Below are positions 31,888 through 41,356 of a stretch of DNA of 64,000 nt, piece by piece. The position numbers and the translations under genes are program-made. The notes below the pieces were generated by a model. It had not been told where the DNA came from and ran no database searches. It saw only the letters and a list, made by a program, of their open reading frames with translations. Source of the stretch: Clostridia bacterium (GTDB lineage Bacteria > Bacillota > Clostridia > UBA1381 > UMGS1253). The stretch covers positions 59,479 to 123,478 of the forward strand of contig JAZTXH010000009.1 in the NCBI GenBank assembly GCA_045636325.1, given 5' to 3'. Positions within the stretch are counted from its first letter, which is position 1, and each line of letters starts with the position of its first letter.

Positions 31888-33174
31888 TTATATAGCCATA
31901 ACTTCACACTTTTGTTCTGATTCAAACAAGGGCAACTGCGTAAATTTTTCCTCCATGAGCCTTGGCAGAAAACTTTTATCACATATAATGTTTGCTAAAA
32001 TAAATTCCTTTGAAAAAATCATTCCCTTTTCATATTTTCCGTTACATGTTATAAAATATTTTGCACGCTTTAACACGATTCCCATTCTCTTTAAATCTTC
32101 ATACTGTATGCTTCTTACCTTTCTTGCCCTGCAAATTCGAAATGCACTTTGAGTACCAATGCCCGGCACGCGAAGAAGCATACTGTAATCTGCGGTGTTA
32201 ATTTCAACAGGGAAACGATTGAGATTTCTTATAGCCCAATTACATTTCGGGTCAAGAGCAGGCGAAAAATTAGGCTCCCTGGGTGTAAGAATTTCATCAG
32301 CTTCAAAGCCGTAAAATCTCATCAGCCAGTCTGCCTGATACAATCTGTGTTCACGAAGAAGCGGCGGAGTTGTCAGCTGCGGCAGATTATTCCCCTGACG
32401 CGCAGGAATATAAGCAGAAAAAAACACACGCTTTAGTGAATATTTATTATACATCCCTTGCGTAAGCTTTAAAATCTGATAATCGCTTTCACCACTCGCA
32501 CCAATAATCATTTGCGTGCTTTGACCTGCCTGAGCAAACTTTTTTGCACTCCTGTGTTTTACAATTTCGCCCCTTGCTTCGATAATGGAATTTTTTATCT
32601 GACCCATAGGCGCTAAAATTGCGTTTTTGCTTTTCTGCGGTGCAAGCTTTTTTAAGCTTTGCTCACTTGGAAGCTCAATATTAACGCTTAATCGGTCAAC
32701 AAGAAAACCAAGCCTTTGCACAAGTGCCGGGTCTGACCCAGGAATCACCTTGGCGTGAATATAGCCGTTAAACCAGTAATGATAGCGAAGTTTTTCTATG
32801 GCACTGCACATAAGCTCCATTGTGTAATCAGGATTTTTATAAACAGCTGAGCTTAAAAACAAACCTTCAATATAATTTCTAATATAAAAATTAATTGTTA
32901 AATCAGCAACCTCATCTGGCGTAAAGCTTGCCCTTGGTGTATCACAGGATATGGCATTCACACAATATTTACAATCATAAACACATTCATTTGATAAAAG
33001 AATTTTTAATAAAGAAATACATCTTCCGTCAGATGCAAAACTATGACAAATACCCGCACAGCTTGTATTACCCATTCCTTTATCATTTGATTTTCTGTTA
33101 ATTCCGCTTGATGTGCACGCAGCATCATATTTTGCCGCATCCGTTAAAATCTTTAATTTTTCTTCCACATTCAT
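31888..33174 (-). CDS. putative DNA modification/repair radical SAM protein (TIGR03916 type)
   Basis: N-terminal KLKILTDAAKYDAAC, cluster motif CVYDCKYC, and a C-terminal HhH-like LLRVPGIG. Confidence 0.7.
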   Translation of the reverse strand: MNVEEKLKILTDAAKYDAACTSSGINRKSNDKGMGNTSCAGICHSFASDGRCISLLKILLSNECVYDCKYCVNAISCDTPRASFTPDEVADLTINFYIRNYIEGLFLSSAVYKNPDYTMELMCSAIEKLRYHYWFNGYIHAKVIPGSDPALVQRLGFLVDRLSVNIELPSEQSLKKLAPQKSKNAILAPMGQIKNSIIEARGEIVKHRSAKKFAQAGQSTQMIIGASGESDYQILKLTQGMYNKYSLKRVFFSAYIPARQGNNLPQLTTPPLLREHRLYQADWLMRFYGFEADEILTPREPNFSPALDPKCNWAIRNLNRFPVEINTADYSMLLRVPGIGTQSAFRICRARKVRSIQYEDLKRMGIVLKRAKYFITCNGKYEKGMIFSKEFILANIICDKSFLPRLMEEKFTQLPLFESEQKCEVMAI

Positions 33175-33356
33175 CCTTTTATCACCTCAAACATATGTTC
33201 TATTATTTATTATAGCATATCCTATTAAAAATTGCAAACAAAAGTTCGGTTTTTAATAAAATTTTTTTGTATTAAACTTTTTTATAATGTAAATAATAGT
33301 ATTGAAGAAATTTTAAAGCAAGAAAAATTTTTTAAACAAGAAAGGAATAATGACAA

Positions 33357-34163
33357 ATGAAAAAAAACTTTTTCATTGATAAAACAAAAAAGAAAATAAA
33401 GGAAAAAAGATTCTATATTGTGCTTGCATTTTGTCTTTTAACAATAAGCACAATAGCCTTTACAAACTCAATTTTAGAAAAGCCTAATGCCCCTGCAGAA
33501 AACAAAAATTCCGATGTAAAATACGCATTACCCGAGCCTATAGGCGAGCCCGAGAGCGAAAATGAAATTATTACTCAAACATTTCCTCCTCAAAACGAAA
33601 CCCCTGTTGAAGATTACGAGCCTGAAGAAAATCAGGAAAAAGAAAGTGAAATTTCAGTTGAAAACGATACCGATTACAATCAAACCACAGCCGAAAAAGA
33701 AAATGATTCACTTCAACAAAATGAATCCTTCCCCGCTGCCACAGAAGTTCAAAAAACCTTAAGAAAAATTACACCACCTGTCCCCGGTGAAATTCTTCTG
33801 CCCTTCAGCAATACACCGGCTTATCAGAAGACAACCGAAGACTGGCGCACTCATGAAGCCATTGACTATTCAGTGGATACGGGATATGAAATTGCCGCCG
33901 CAGGCTCAGGTAAAATTTTAAAAATATCAGATTCAGGACTTTATGGTGCAAGCATAATAATCGACCACGGAAATACAATGAAAACACTTTATGCAAATGT
34001 ATCCGCTGCAGAGGGCCTTAAAGAAGGAGACTTTGTAACCACAGGCGATATAATTGGTTTTGCCGATAACACTTCCCTATGCGAAAAGTATGATAAACCT
34101 CATATCCATTTTGAAGTTATGATAAATGATAAAAATGTAAACCCCAACGAGTGGCTCGAATAG
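33357..34163 (+). CDS. membrane-anchored M23 family metallopeptidase
   Basis: N-terminal TM helix, an acidic linker, and HEAIDY…HIHFEV LytM-type motifs. Confidence 0.8.
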   Translation: MKKNFFIDKTKKKIKEKRFYIVLAFCLLTISTIAFTNSILEKPNAPAENKNSDVKYALPEPIGEPESENEIITQTFPPQNETPVEDYEPEENQEKESEISVENDTDYNQTTAEKENDSLQQNESFPAATEVQKTLRKITPPVPGEILLPFSNTPAYQKTTEDWRTHEAIDYSVDTGYEIAAAGSGKILKISDSGLYGASIIIDHGNTMKTLYANVSAAEGLKEGDFVTTGDIIGFADNTSLCEKYDKPHIHFEVMINDKNVNPNEWLE

Positions 34164-34208
34164 AAAAGAAAAAATCAGCAGAAGTTTATAAAAAATTTCT
34201 GCTGATTT
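34161..34208. terminator. terminator between the convergent M23 and carD genes (better on the minus strand)
   Basis: AAATCAGCAGAA-13 nt-TTCTGCTGATTT. An A-rich run on the plus side gives a U-run for carD. Confidence 0.7.
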
Positions 34209-34220
34209 CTTATGTAAATT

Positions 34221-34718
34221 TTATTTATTTGCTTCTTTACTGCAAGCACAATCCAAAAGCATTTCAAGTTCATCAAAACTTTTACCTGAAGCTAAAATAA
34301 GCTCGCTGAAAAGAATCTGCTTTGAATTATTAAGCATTTTTCGCTCACCAGTGGAAAGCCCTTTCTGCTTGTCCCTTATAACAAGACTTTTAACTACTGC
34401 TAAAACCTCAAAAATATCACCGGTTTTTATACGCGACATATTATCTCTGTAACGCTTATTCCAGTTATTCTCTCTTACATTATCAAAAACAGTATTAAAT
34501 TCAGAAATGACCTTTTTTGCATATTCATCGTCTATAATATCACGCACACCAATTTCTTCAAGCTTCGAAGTTGAAAGCATAACCTTCATGTCGCCTGCAG
34601 GCAATTTTAAAACGTAATAGCTTTGCATTTCGCCTAAAATTTCTCTTTCTTCAATTCCGATAATTTCTCCCGCGCCGTGCATAGGATATAAAATTTTGTC
34701 ACCTATTTGATACTCCAT
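34221..34718 (-). CDS. carD: CarD family transcriptional regulator
   Basis: 165 aa with the CarD_CdnL_TRCF N-terminal Tudor-like block (GDKILYPMHGAGEI). Confidence 0.85.
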   Translation of the reverse strand: MEYQIGDKILYPMHGAGEIIGIEEREILGEMQSYYVLKLPAGDMKVMLSTSKLEEIGVRDIIDDEYAKKVISEFNTVFDNVRENNWNKRYRDNMSRIKTGDIFEVLAVVKSLVIRDKQKGLSTGERKMLNNSKQILFSELILASGKSFDELEMLLDCACSKEANK

Positions 34719-35081
34719 AGCTTTAAATCCCCCTGAATGCTATATCCAATACCCATACTTATAATATAATTACAGAATCAGTGAACAATTTAGATGCCGC
34801 AAAATCATTTTACCAGGAGTAAAAATACTTGCTTGCAAGGGCATTTTTGCGACGCCGTCAATTGACACAGCGCTCGAAAGAGCGCAAAAAGCCAAAAGGC
34901 TTTAAGAATTTTATGAAATAAAATTCTGTATGTGTCAATTATACCATATCCTTTATCAAAAGTCAAACCACTATGCAGATTTTTCGTCAAATTGCTTTAA
35001 ATCATTTGCTGCTTTTTGTGCACTTTTTTATTTGTATACTGAGTATATTTATATAATTTTATCAATTATGACACCGTCATG

Positions 35082-35963
35082 TCAAGCAATAGACTTTTCA
35101 CCATCAAATAAAAGTATTCCGTAAGCTATGCCAAAGCTTCCGCCCTGCAAAATCCATTTTTTAAACTTTCTTTGAAGTGATATATTTTCAAGCAAATCAT
35201 TTGCATCTTTTCCCCACTGATTACCAAAAACTCTCCAGCCGTCACAAAATTCATCCTGCTCAATTACTTTAATAATATCAAACATCTCAGCAAACTGCGT
35301 TGTATTTGAATTCTTTCCAAACACCTTTTTATACTCGGGGTACAAAATCCATGAATAGCACATTACAGGCAAAACACCGTTCTTTTTAACAAAAGGCTTA
35401 TGTTTATTAAATTCGTATGCACGCTTTAAACAATCCAATACGCTTTTCCTTGTAAGTTGTCCTGATGAAGGTATATGGCACTCTAGAACCATATCCCCCT
35501 TTTTTATGGTTATATCACATTTTTTATAATCATCAAATTCAAATTCTTTATAATCATACTGAAGTCTTCCGTGGGCAAAACGAGTCATGTCAAACCATCC
35601 GCCAAACCATTGTGCTGCAAATGTGCCGCACACATTATGAACTTTCCTGCATTCTGTAAGCTTATATTTTAAATCATACATAGACTCGATATATTTTTCT
35701 TCACTAAGGTCGGATTTTTTGTATCTGTCCCATGTCTTTTGTGCACATATAAGTGAAAACAGCATCCACACTGTATATTCATGAATACCTTTTAAATCAA
35801 GTGCTCTCACTTTTTCAAATGCAGCATTATATTCAATCTCACCTGCAAAATATTTTCTTGCTATTTTTTCAACTTCAATGCCTAAAACAACCTCAGCATT
35901 AAGGATGCACGCAATATCATCCTCCGGGAAAGATATTTTTTTCATTAATTCTGTGATTTCCAT
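35082..35963 (-). CDS. conserved hypothetical protein (possibly acyltransferase-like; family not recognised with confidence)
   Basis: ~293-aa ORF. ATG start with a GGGTGA SD. No diagnostic motif identified. Confidence 0.5.
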   Translation of the reverse strand: MEITELMKKISFPEDDIACILNAEVVLGIEVEKIARKYFAGEIEYNAAFEKVRALDLKGIHEYTVWMLFSLICAQKTWDRYKKSDLSEEKYIESMYDLKYKLTECRKVHNVCGTFAAQWFGGWFDMTRFAHGRLQYDYKEFEFDDYKKCDITIKKGDMVLECHIPSSGQLTRKSVLDCLKRAYEFNKHKPFVKKNGVLPVMCYSWILYPEYKKVFGKNSNTTQFAEMFDIIKVIEQDEFCDGWRVFGNQWGKDANDLLENISLQRKFKKWILQGGSFGIAYGILLFDGEKSIA

Positions 35964-35982
35964 AATCTTCACCCGCCTATAT

Positions 35983-36020
35983 AAAAAGGATTAAAAGGGA
36001 CCGCAAATGCAGTCCCTTTT
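35983..36020 (-). terminator. terminator after carB::dapF
   Basis: AAAAGGGAC-10 nt-GTCCCTTTT, followed on the minus strand by AAUCCUUUUU. Confidence 0.65.
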
Positions 36021-36027
36021 CGTTTAA

Positions 36028-39000
36028 TTAAAGCTCAACATATCCGTCAAACACTTTGACTGCCTCACCGGTCATAAATACATCCTCATCAGTATATTTT
36101 ATGTGAAGCTCACCGCCGCGAAGTTTAACCTTAATATCTTCGTTTTTGGGGCAATATCCATTTTCAACTGCCGCCACAACCGCCGCACATGCACCGGTTC
36201 CGCATGCCCATGTTTCGCCGTTGCCGCGCTCCCACACACGCATTCTTATGGATTTGTCATCCATAACACAAACAAACTCAACATTTACTCTTTCTGGAAA
36301 CAACTCGCAATTTTCAATTTCAGGACCAATTTTTTCAATGTCCATTTTTTCAATGTCATTACTGAATATAACGCAATGGGGATTTCCCATTGAAACGCAT
36401 GTAATATCGTAGTGTTTTCCTGCGATTTCTACACTGTGGCAAACAACTTTTTCTCCATCAATATTTACCGGAACATCTTCCGGCTTAACAGAAGCTTGAC
36501 CCATATCCACAGCTGCCATAAACACACTGTCATTCTTTAAAAACACCTTAAGTGTTTTTATGCCGCTCATTGTTTCTATCTTCATAACATCCTTTTTAAC
36601 AATGCCTTTATCATAAAGGAATTTTGCCACACAACGTATAGCATTGCCACCCATCTTGCCTTCGCTGCCGTCAACATTGAATATGCGCATTTTTGCATCT
36701 GCCGCATCGGAAGAATAAATAAGCACCACGCCGTCTGCACCCACAGAAAATCTTCTGTCACACAAACGAATAGCAAGTCCTTCAGGATTATCTATCTTTT
36801 GCTCCATACAGTTAATATAAATATAGTCATTACCACAGGTATGCATCTTTGTAAACTGAATCTTAAGCTTATCTTCACGCATACTGTTTATATCAACAAT
36901 CTCAGTTGTATGCTCCGAATAACGGCTCATCAGACTGTCTGCTATTGCATTGGCAGTATCAATAGAAGTAAGACACGGAATATTTCTTTCTACTGCCTTT
37001 CTTCTTATCTTAACACTGTCACGTGTGGGAATTCTTCCCTTTGTAGATGTTGAAATAACATAGCTTAGCTTACCACTTTCAATAAGCTCGAGAGTGTTAT
37101 TATCACCCTCATGAATTTTATTTACAACGCTTACTTCAAGACCTGCATCTCTTAAAACCTTTGCTGTTCCCCTTGTAGAGTAAAGCTCAAATCCCATATC
37201 AGAGAATTTCTTTGCTAGGTCAAATACTTCGCTTTTATCAGAATCACGAACAGTTATAAATACTCCGCCTGTTTTATTGAGTTTATATCCGCTTGCTGCA
37301 AGACCTTTATAAAGCGCCTCCTGAAGATTCTGAGCAACACCCAAAACCTCACCGGTAGATTTCATTTCAGGGCCTAACTGGTTATCCACATTAATAAGCT
37401 TTTCAAAACTGAATACAGGCACCTTAACCGCCACATAAGACGAAAGCTTATAAAGACCTGTTCCATAACCCATATCCTTAAGCTTTTCGCCAAGCATAGC
37501 ACGGGTAGCAAGGTCAACCATGGGAATTCCCGTTACCTTACTGATATAAGGAATTGTTCTTGATGCTCTGGGGTTAACCTCAATAACATAAAGCTCGTCA
37601 TCATATATAACATACTGAATGTTAACAAGCCCATAGGTTTTCATTTCGACCGCAAGGTTTTTAGTACATTCAATAATTCTGTCACGCATTTTGTCATCAA
37701 GATTAAATGCAGGATATACCGCAATTGAGTCTCCCGAGTGAACACCCGCGCGCTCAATATGCTCCATAATGCCGGGAATTAATATTTCTTCACCATCACA
37801 TATAGCGTCAACCTCAATTTCCGTACCCATAAGATATTTATCAATAAGCACCGGATTTTTAATGTTCTGTGCAAGAATAATTGACATATATTCTCTTACA
37901 TCTTCATCGGAAAATGCGATAATCATATTCTGTCCGCCAAGAACGTATGAAGGACGCAAAAGCACCGGATAACCAAGCTTATGAGCAACATCCAGCGCTT
38001 CACATGCCGCCATTACAGTGTAACCGCTGGGACGTTCAATATGAAGCTTTTCCAAAAGCGCATCAAAACGTTCTCTGTCTTCTGCCATATCAATACTGTC
38101 AGCAGATGTACCAAGAATGTTCATTCCTATTTCATCAAGATAATTTGTAAGTTTGATTGCAGTCTGACCGCCAAATGCTACAACAACTCCAAAAGGATTT
38201 TCTGTTTTTATAATATCTGTTACATCTTCTTTTGTAAGCGGCTCAAAATAGAGTCTATCTGATGTATCAAAGTCTGTTGAAACAGTCTCAGGGTTATTAT
38301 TTACTATAACAACATCATATCCAAGCTCTTTAAGTGCCCATACACAATGAACAGATGCATAGTCAAATTCTATACCCTGACCAATTCTTATAGGACCTGA
38401 ACCAAATACTATAATTGTCTTCTTTTTATCTTTTTTATTTTTCAAAAATTCTTCTGCTTCGTTTTCATCATCAAATGTTGAGTAGAAATACGGTGTCTGT
38501 GCTTCAAACTCAGCCGCACAAGTGTCAACCATTTTAAACACTGCGCTTCTCTTGTTTATAATCTTCTGACCTGAAAGTCTTTCAATAACACTATCCATAT
38601 ATCCAAGCTTCTTTGCTTCAATATAAAGCTCGTCTGTAAGCGTTTCACTTTCAAGACGCTTCTGCATATTAGAAAGATTCAAAAGCTTGTATAAGAACCA
38701 GTTATCAATTTTTGTTATATCATTTATTTCTTCACAGCTTACCCCACGATACAGCGCTTCATATACCATGAACAAACGAAGGTCATTACAATCATAAAGT
38801 GCTTCATGAAGTTCTTCATCTGTCTTTGATTTTGCACCCTTATAGCTTAAAGTATCAAGTGAAATTTCAGCGCCGCGAACAGCCTTCATCATTGCAGCTT
38901 CAAAATTATCAGCAATACTCATAACCTCACCGGTAGCTTTCATCTGTGTTCCAAGAGCACGCTTTGCATATACAAACTTATCAAATGGCCATTTGGGGAA

Positions 39001-40068
39001 TTTAACAACAACATAATCGATAGAAGGCTCAAAACAAGCATATGTTGTTCCCGTAACGGCATTTTTAATTTCGCTTAATTCATAACCGATAGCAATTTTT
39101 GCTGCAACCTTCGCAATCGGGTAACCTGTCGCCTTTGAAGCCAACGCTGATGAACGTGAAACTCTGGGGTTAACCTCAATAACTGCATATTCAAAGCTGT
39201 CAGGCTTTAGTGCAAACTGACAGTTACATCCGCCTTCAATTCCAAGCTCGTTAACAATTGCCAAAGCTGCACTTCTTAACATCTGATATTCTTTATCAGA
39301 AAGTGTAACTGCCGGTGCAACAACTATTGAGTCCCCTGTGTGCACACCAACAGGGTCAAAGTTTTCCATGCTGCAGACAGTAATTGCATTTCCCTTACTG
39401 TCACGGATAACTTCAAACTCTATTTCTTTCCAGCCAGAAATACATTTTTCAACCAATACCTGATGTATGGGCGAAAGGTCAAGCCCATTCTGGCAGATTT
39501 CTTTCATTTCTTCATCGTTATTTACAATACCGCCGCCAGTACCTCCAAGGGTAAATGCAGGTCTTATAATAACGGGATATTCAATCTCATGAGCAAAAGC
39601 CATACCGCTTTCCAAATCATTTACAACAGTTGACGGGATACACGGCTGATTAATTTTATCCATCATATCCTTAAACATCTGTCGGTCTTCAGCGCGGTCA
39701 ATTGTTTCAACTCGTGCACCCAAAAGTTTTACACCATGTTCTTCTAAAAAGCCTTCTTTTGCGAGTTTCATAGACATTGTAAGACCTGTCTGACCGCCAA
39801 GAGTTGACAAAAGGCTGTCAGGCTTCTCTTTTTCAATAATTCTTTTAAGTGTTGTAATATCAAGGGATTCAATATATATTTTATCCGCCATTTTATTATC
39901 TGTCATAATTGTTGCAGGATTTGAGTTTACCAAAACAACCTCAAGCCCATCTTCTTTTAAAGCACGACATGCCTGAGTTCCCGCATAGTCAAATTCAGCT
40001 GCCTGACCAATGACAATAGGTCCAGAGCCAATAACCATTACTTTCTTTATATCCTTATTAAGTGGCAT
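36028..40068 (-). CDS. carB: carbamoyl-phosphate synthase large subunit fused in frame to a DapF-like (diaminopimelate epimerase fold) domain
   Basis: 1346 aa. Residues 1 to ~1062 are canonical CarB (two ATP-grasp halves plus an MGS-like domain). The last ~284 aa carry DapF blocks FTKMHTCGNDYI, NVDGSEGKMGGNAIRC, SMGNPH and ERGNGETWACGTGACA. Confidence 0.9.
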   Translation of the reverse strand: MPLNKDIKKVMVIGSGPIVIGQAAEFDYAGTQACRALKEDGLEVVLVNSNPATIMTDNKMADKIYIESLDITTLKRIIEKEKPDSLLSTLGGQTGLTMSMKLAKEGFLEEHGVKLLGARVETIDRAEDRQMFKDMMDKINQPCIPSTVVNDLESGMAFAHEIEYPVIIRPAFTLGGTGGGIVNNDEEMKEICQNGLDLSPIHQVLVEKCISGWKEIEFEVIRDSKGNAITVCSMENFDPVGVHTGDSIVVAPAVTLSDKEYQMLRSAALAIVNELGIEGGCNCQFALKPDSFEYAVIEVNPRVSRSSALASKATGYPIAKVAAKIAIGYELSEIKNAVTGTTYACFEPSIDYVVVKFPKWPFDKFVYAKRALGTQMKATGEVMSIADNFEAAMMKAVRGAEISLDTLSYKGAKSKTDEELHEALYDCNDLRLFMVYEALYRGVSCEEINDITKIDNWFLYKLLNLSNMQKRLESETLTDELYIEAKKLGYMDSVIERLSGQKIINKRSAVFKMVDTCAAEFEAQTPYFYSTFDDENEAEEFLKNKKDKKKTIIVFGSGPIRIGQGIEFDYASVHCVWALKELGYDVVIVNNNPETVSTDFDTSDRLYFEPLTKEDVTDIIKTENPFGVVVAFGGQTAIKLTNYLDEIGMNILGTSADSIDMAEDRERFDALLEKLHIERPSGYTVMAACEALDVAHKLGYPVLLRPSYVLGGQNMIIAFSDEDVREYMSIILAQNIKNPVLIDKYLMGTEIEVDAICDGEEILIPGIMEHIERAGVHSGDSIAVYPAFNLDDKMRDRIIECTKNLAVEMKTYGLVNIQYVIYDDELYVIEVNPRASRTIPYISKVTGIPMVDLATRAMLGEKLKDMGYGTGLYKLSSYVAVKVPVFSFEKLINVDNQLGPEMKSTGEVLGVAQNLQEALYKGLAASGYKLNKTGGVFITVRDSDKSEVFDLAKKFSDMGFELYSTRGTAKVLRDAGLEVSVVNKIHEGDNNTLELIESGKLSYVISTSTKGRIPTRDSVKIRRKAVERNIPCLTSIDTANAIADSLMSRYSEHTTEIVDINSMREDKLKIQFTKMHTCGNDYIYINCMEQKIDNPEGLAIRLCDRRFSVGADGVVLIYSSDAADAKMRIFNVDGSEGKMGGNAIRCVAKFLYDKGIVKKDVMKIETMSGIKTLKVFLKNDSVFMAAVDMGQASVKPEDVPVNIDGEKVVCHSVEIAGKHYDITCVSMGNPHCVIFSNDIEKMDIEKIGPEIENCELFPERVNVEFVCVMDDKSIRMRVWERGNGETWACGTGACAAVVAAVENGYCPKNEDIKVKLRGGELHIKYTDEDVFMTGEAVKVFDGYVEL

Positions 40069-41153
40069 TATTCTGCTCCTCCTTCTACTATCATTTTAAC
40101 AAATTTATCAAATAAAAATTCTGTATCCAACGGACCTGCCGCACCTTCCGGATGGAATTCAACAGAAAATGCAGGTGCGTTAGTTAAGCTTATACCCTCA
40201 CAAGCGCCATCGTTTGCATTTTCAAAGCTTACTTTCACATTTTCAGGAAAACTTTCCGGAACAAGAGCATATCCGTGGCTCTGACATGTTATATATATTC
40301 TGCCTGTTTTAACATCCTTTGCAGGCTGATTTTCACCTCTGTGACCATACTTTAATTTCTCACTTTTTGCCCCCTGAGAAAGGCCTAAAAGCTGATGGCC
40401 CATACTTATACCGAACATAGGAATCTTTTCATCGCAAAGTTTTTTAACCTCTGCTATAATACTTTTGTTTTCGCCCGGGTCTCCGGGTCCTCCTGATAAA
40501 ACAACGCCGTCAGCCTTATATGACATAATAGCTTTCGCTGTTGTATCCGCCGGCACTCTTATAACAGTTACATCGCGTTTTAAAAGTTGACGGATAACTG
40601 CCTCTTTTGTGCCAAGGTCTAATAAAACTATCTTGCGTTTTTCCTTTTCAGCTCTGTAAATCTTTACTTCTTTACAAGTAACTTCGCTGACAGGATTTAC
40701 TATCTTATGGCTTTTTATTTCTTCAATCTCTTTTTCATTTATCTTGTCGGAATATGCAATTCTCCCGTTCATAACACCATATTCACGAACGATTTTAGTA
40801 AGTCGCCTCGTGTCTATATCGTAAAGTCCCGGAATTTTATTTTCCTTCAAGTATGAATCAATGTCACCTTCACATCTGAAATTAGATGGATGCTCGCACC
40901 AACTTTTAACAATATATGCACCAATATACGGTTTATCGCTTTCAAAATCCGAACTTATAACCCCGTAATTTCCAAGGCTTGGAAATGTCTGAGTGACAAT
41001 CTGACCGTAAAGGCTTGGGTCCGTAATTGTTTCAAGATATCCCGACATGGAAGTAGTAAAAACAACTTCACCAGTTACCTCTTTTTCATAACCAAAGCTT
41101 TTACCTTTGAAAACAGTTCCATTTTCAAGAATAAGATAAGCTTCTTTTGCCAT
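40068..41153 (-). CDS. carA: carbamoyl-phosphate synthase small subunit with Ser at the glutaminase nucleophile position
   Basis: 361 aa. The class I GATase block reads FGISMGHQLL where the family has GICLGHQ. The His/Glu of the triad is retained (EFHPE). TAATG overlap with carB. Confidence 0.9.
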   Translation of the reverse strand: MAKEAYLILENGTVFKGKSFGYEKEVTGEVVFTTSMSGYLETITDPSLYGQIVTQTFPSLGNYGVISSDFESDKPYIGAYIVKSWCEHPSNFRCEGDIDSYLKENKIPGLYDIDTRRLTKIVREYGVMNGRIAYSDKINEKEIEEIKSHKIVNPVSEVTCKEVKIYRAEKEKRKIVLLDLGTKEAVIRQLLKRDVTVIRVPADTTAKAIMSYKADGVVLSGGPGDPGENKSIIAEVKKLCDEKIPMFGISMGHQLLGLSQGAKSEKLKYGHRGENQPAKDVKTGRIYITCQSHGYALVPESFPENVKVSFENANDGACEGISLTNAPAFSVEFHPEGAAGPLDTEFLFDKFVKMIVEGGAE

Positions 41154-41293
41154 AATATATTTCCTCCTGTACGTAATTTATATATTTCACTTATATTTTT
41201 CCGCATTATTCGCCGTATTAATATTTTAGCCATACGGTATATGTATTTTTATAAACTTGATATATTTTTGTTTTTTATTGGCTTTATATACAC

Positions 41294-41326
41294 AAAGAGC
41301 AGAGTGAATACCATCCTCTGCTCTTT
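41294..41326 (-). other. stem-loop at the predicted 5' end of the carA transcript
   Basis: AAAGAGCAGAG-11 nt-CTCTGCTCTTT: perfect 11-bp arms starting a few nt downstream of the -10. Confidence 0.5.
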
Positions 41327-41327
41327 T

Positions 41328-41356
41328 ATTATACACTATTTCTAAAAAAATGTAAA
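41328..41356 (-). promoter_or_regulatory. sigma-A promoter of carA-carB::dapF
   Basis: Minus strand reads TTTACA (41351-41356), a 17-nt spacer, then TATAAT (41328-41333). Confidence 0.6.

Noticed and set aside
34805-35124. Small ORFs (61 and 64 aa) and several short hairpins and palindromes (e.g. GTCAATTGAC, GCGCTCTTTCGAGCGC) in the carD upstream region.
   Set aside because: The ORFs lack an RBS and have implausible composition. The hairpins probably belong to the carD 5' UTR or to termination of the upstream gene. I could not assign a convincing promoter or terminator, so I make no feature call.
36880-36882. Independent translation of the DapF-like module from the internal ATG.
   Set aside because: No Shine-Dalgarno-like sequence lies within ~25 nt upstream, and the frame is continuous with CarB. 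Independent translation cannot be excluded experimentally, but the sequence does not support it.
40890-41345. 151-aa plus-strand ORF spanning the carA start and its upstream region.
   Set aside because: It overlaps the carA coding region and promoter on the opposite strand. The translation is low complexity and there is no SD.
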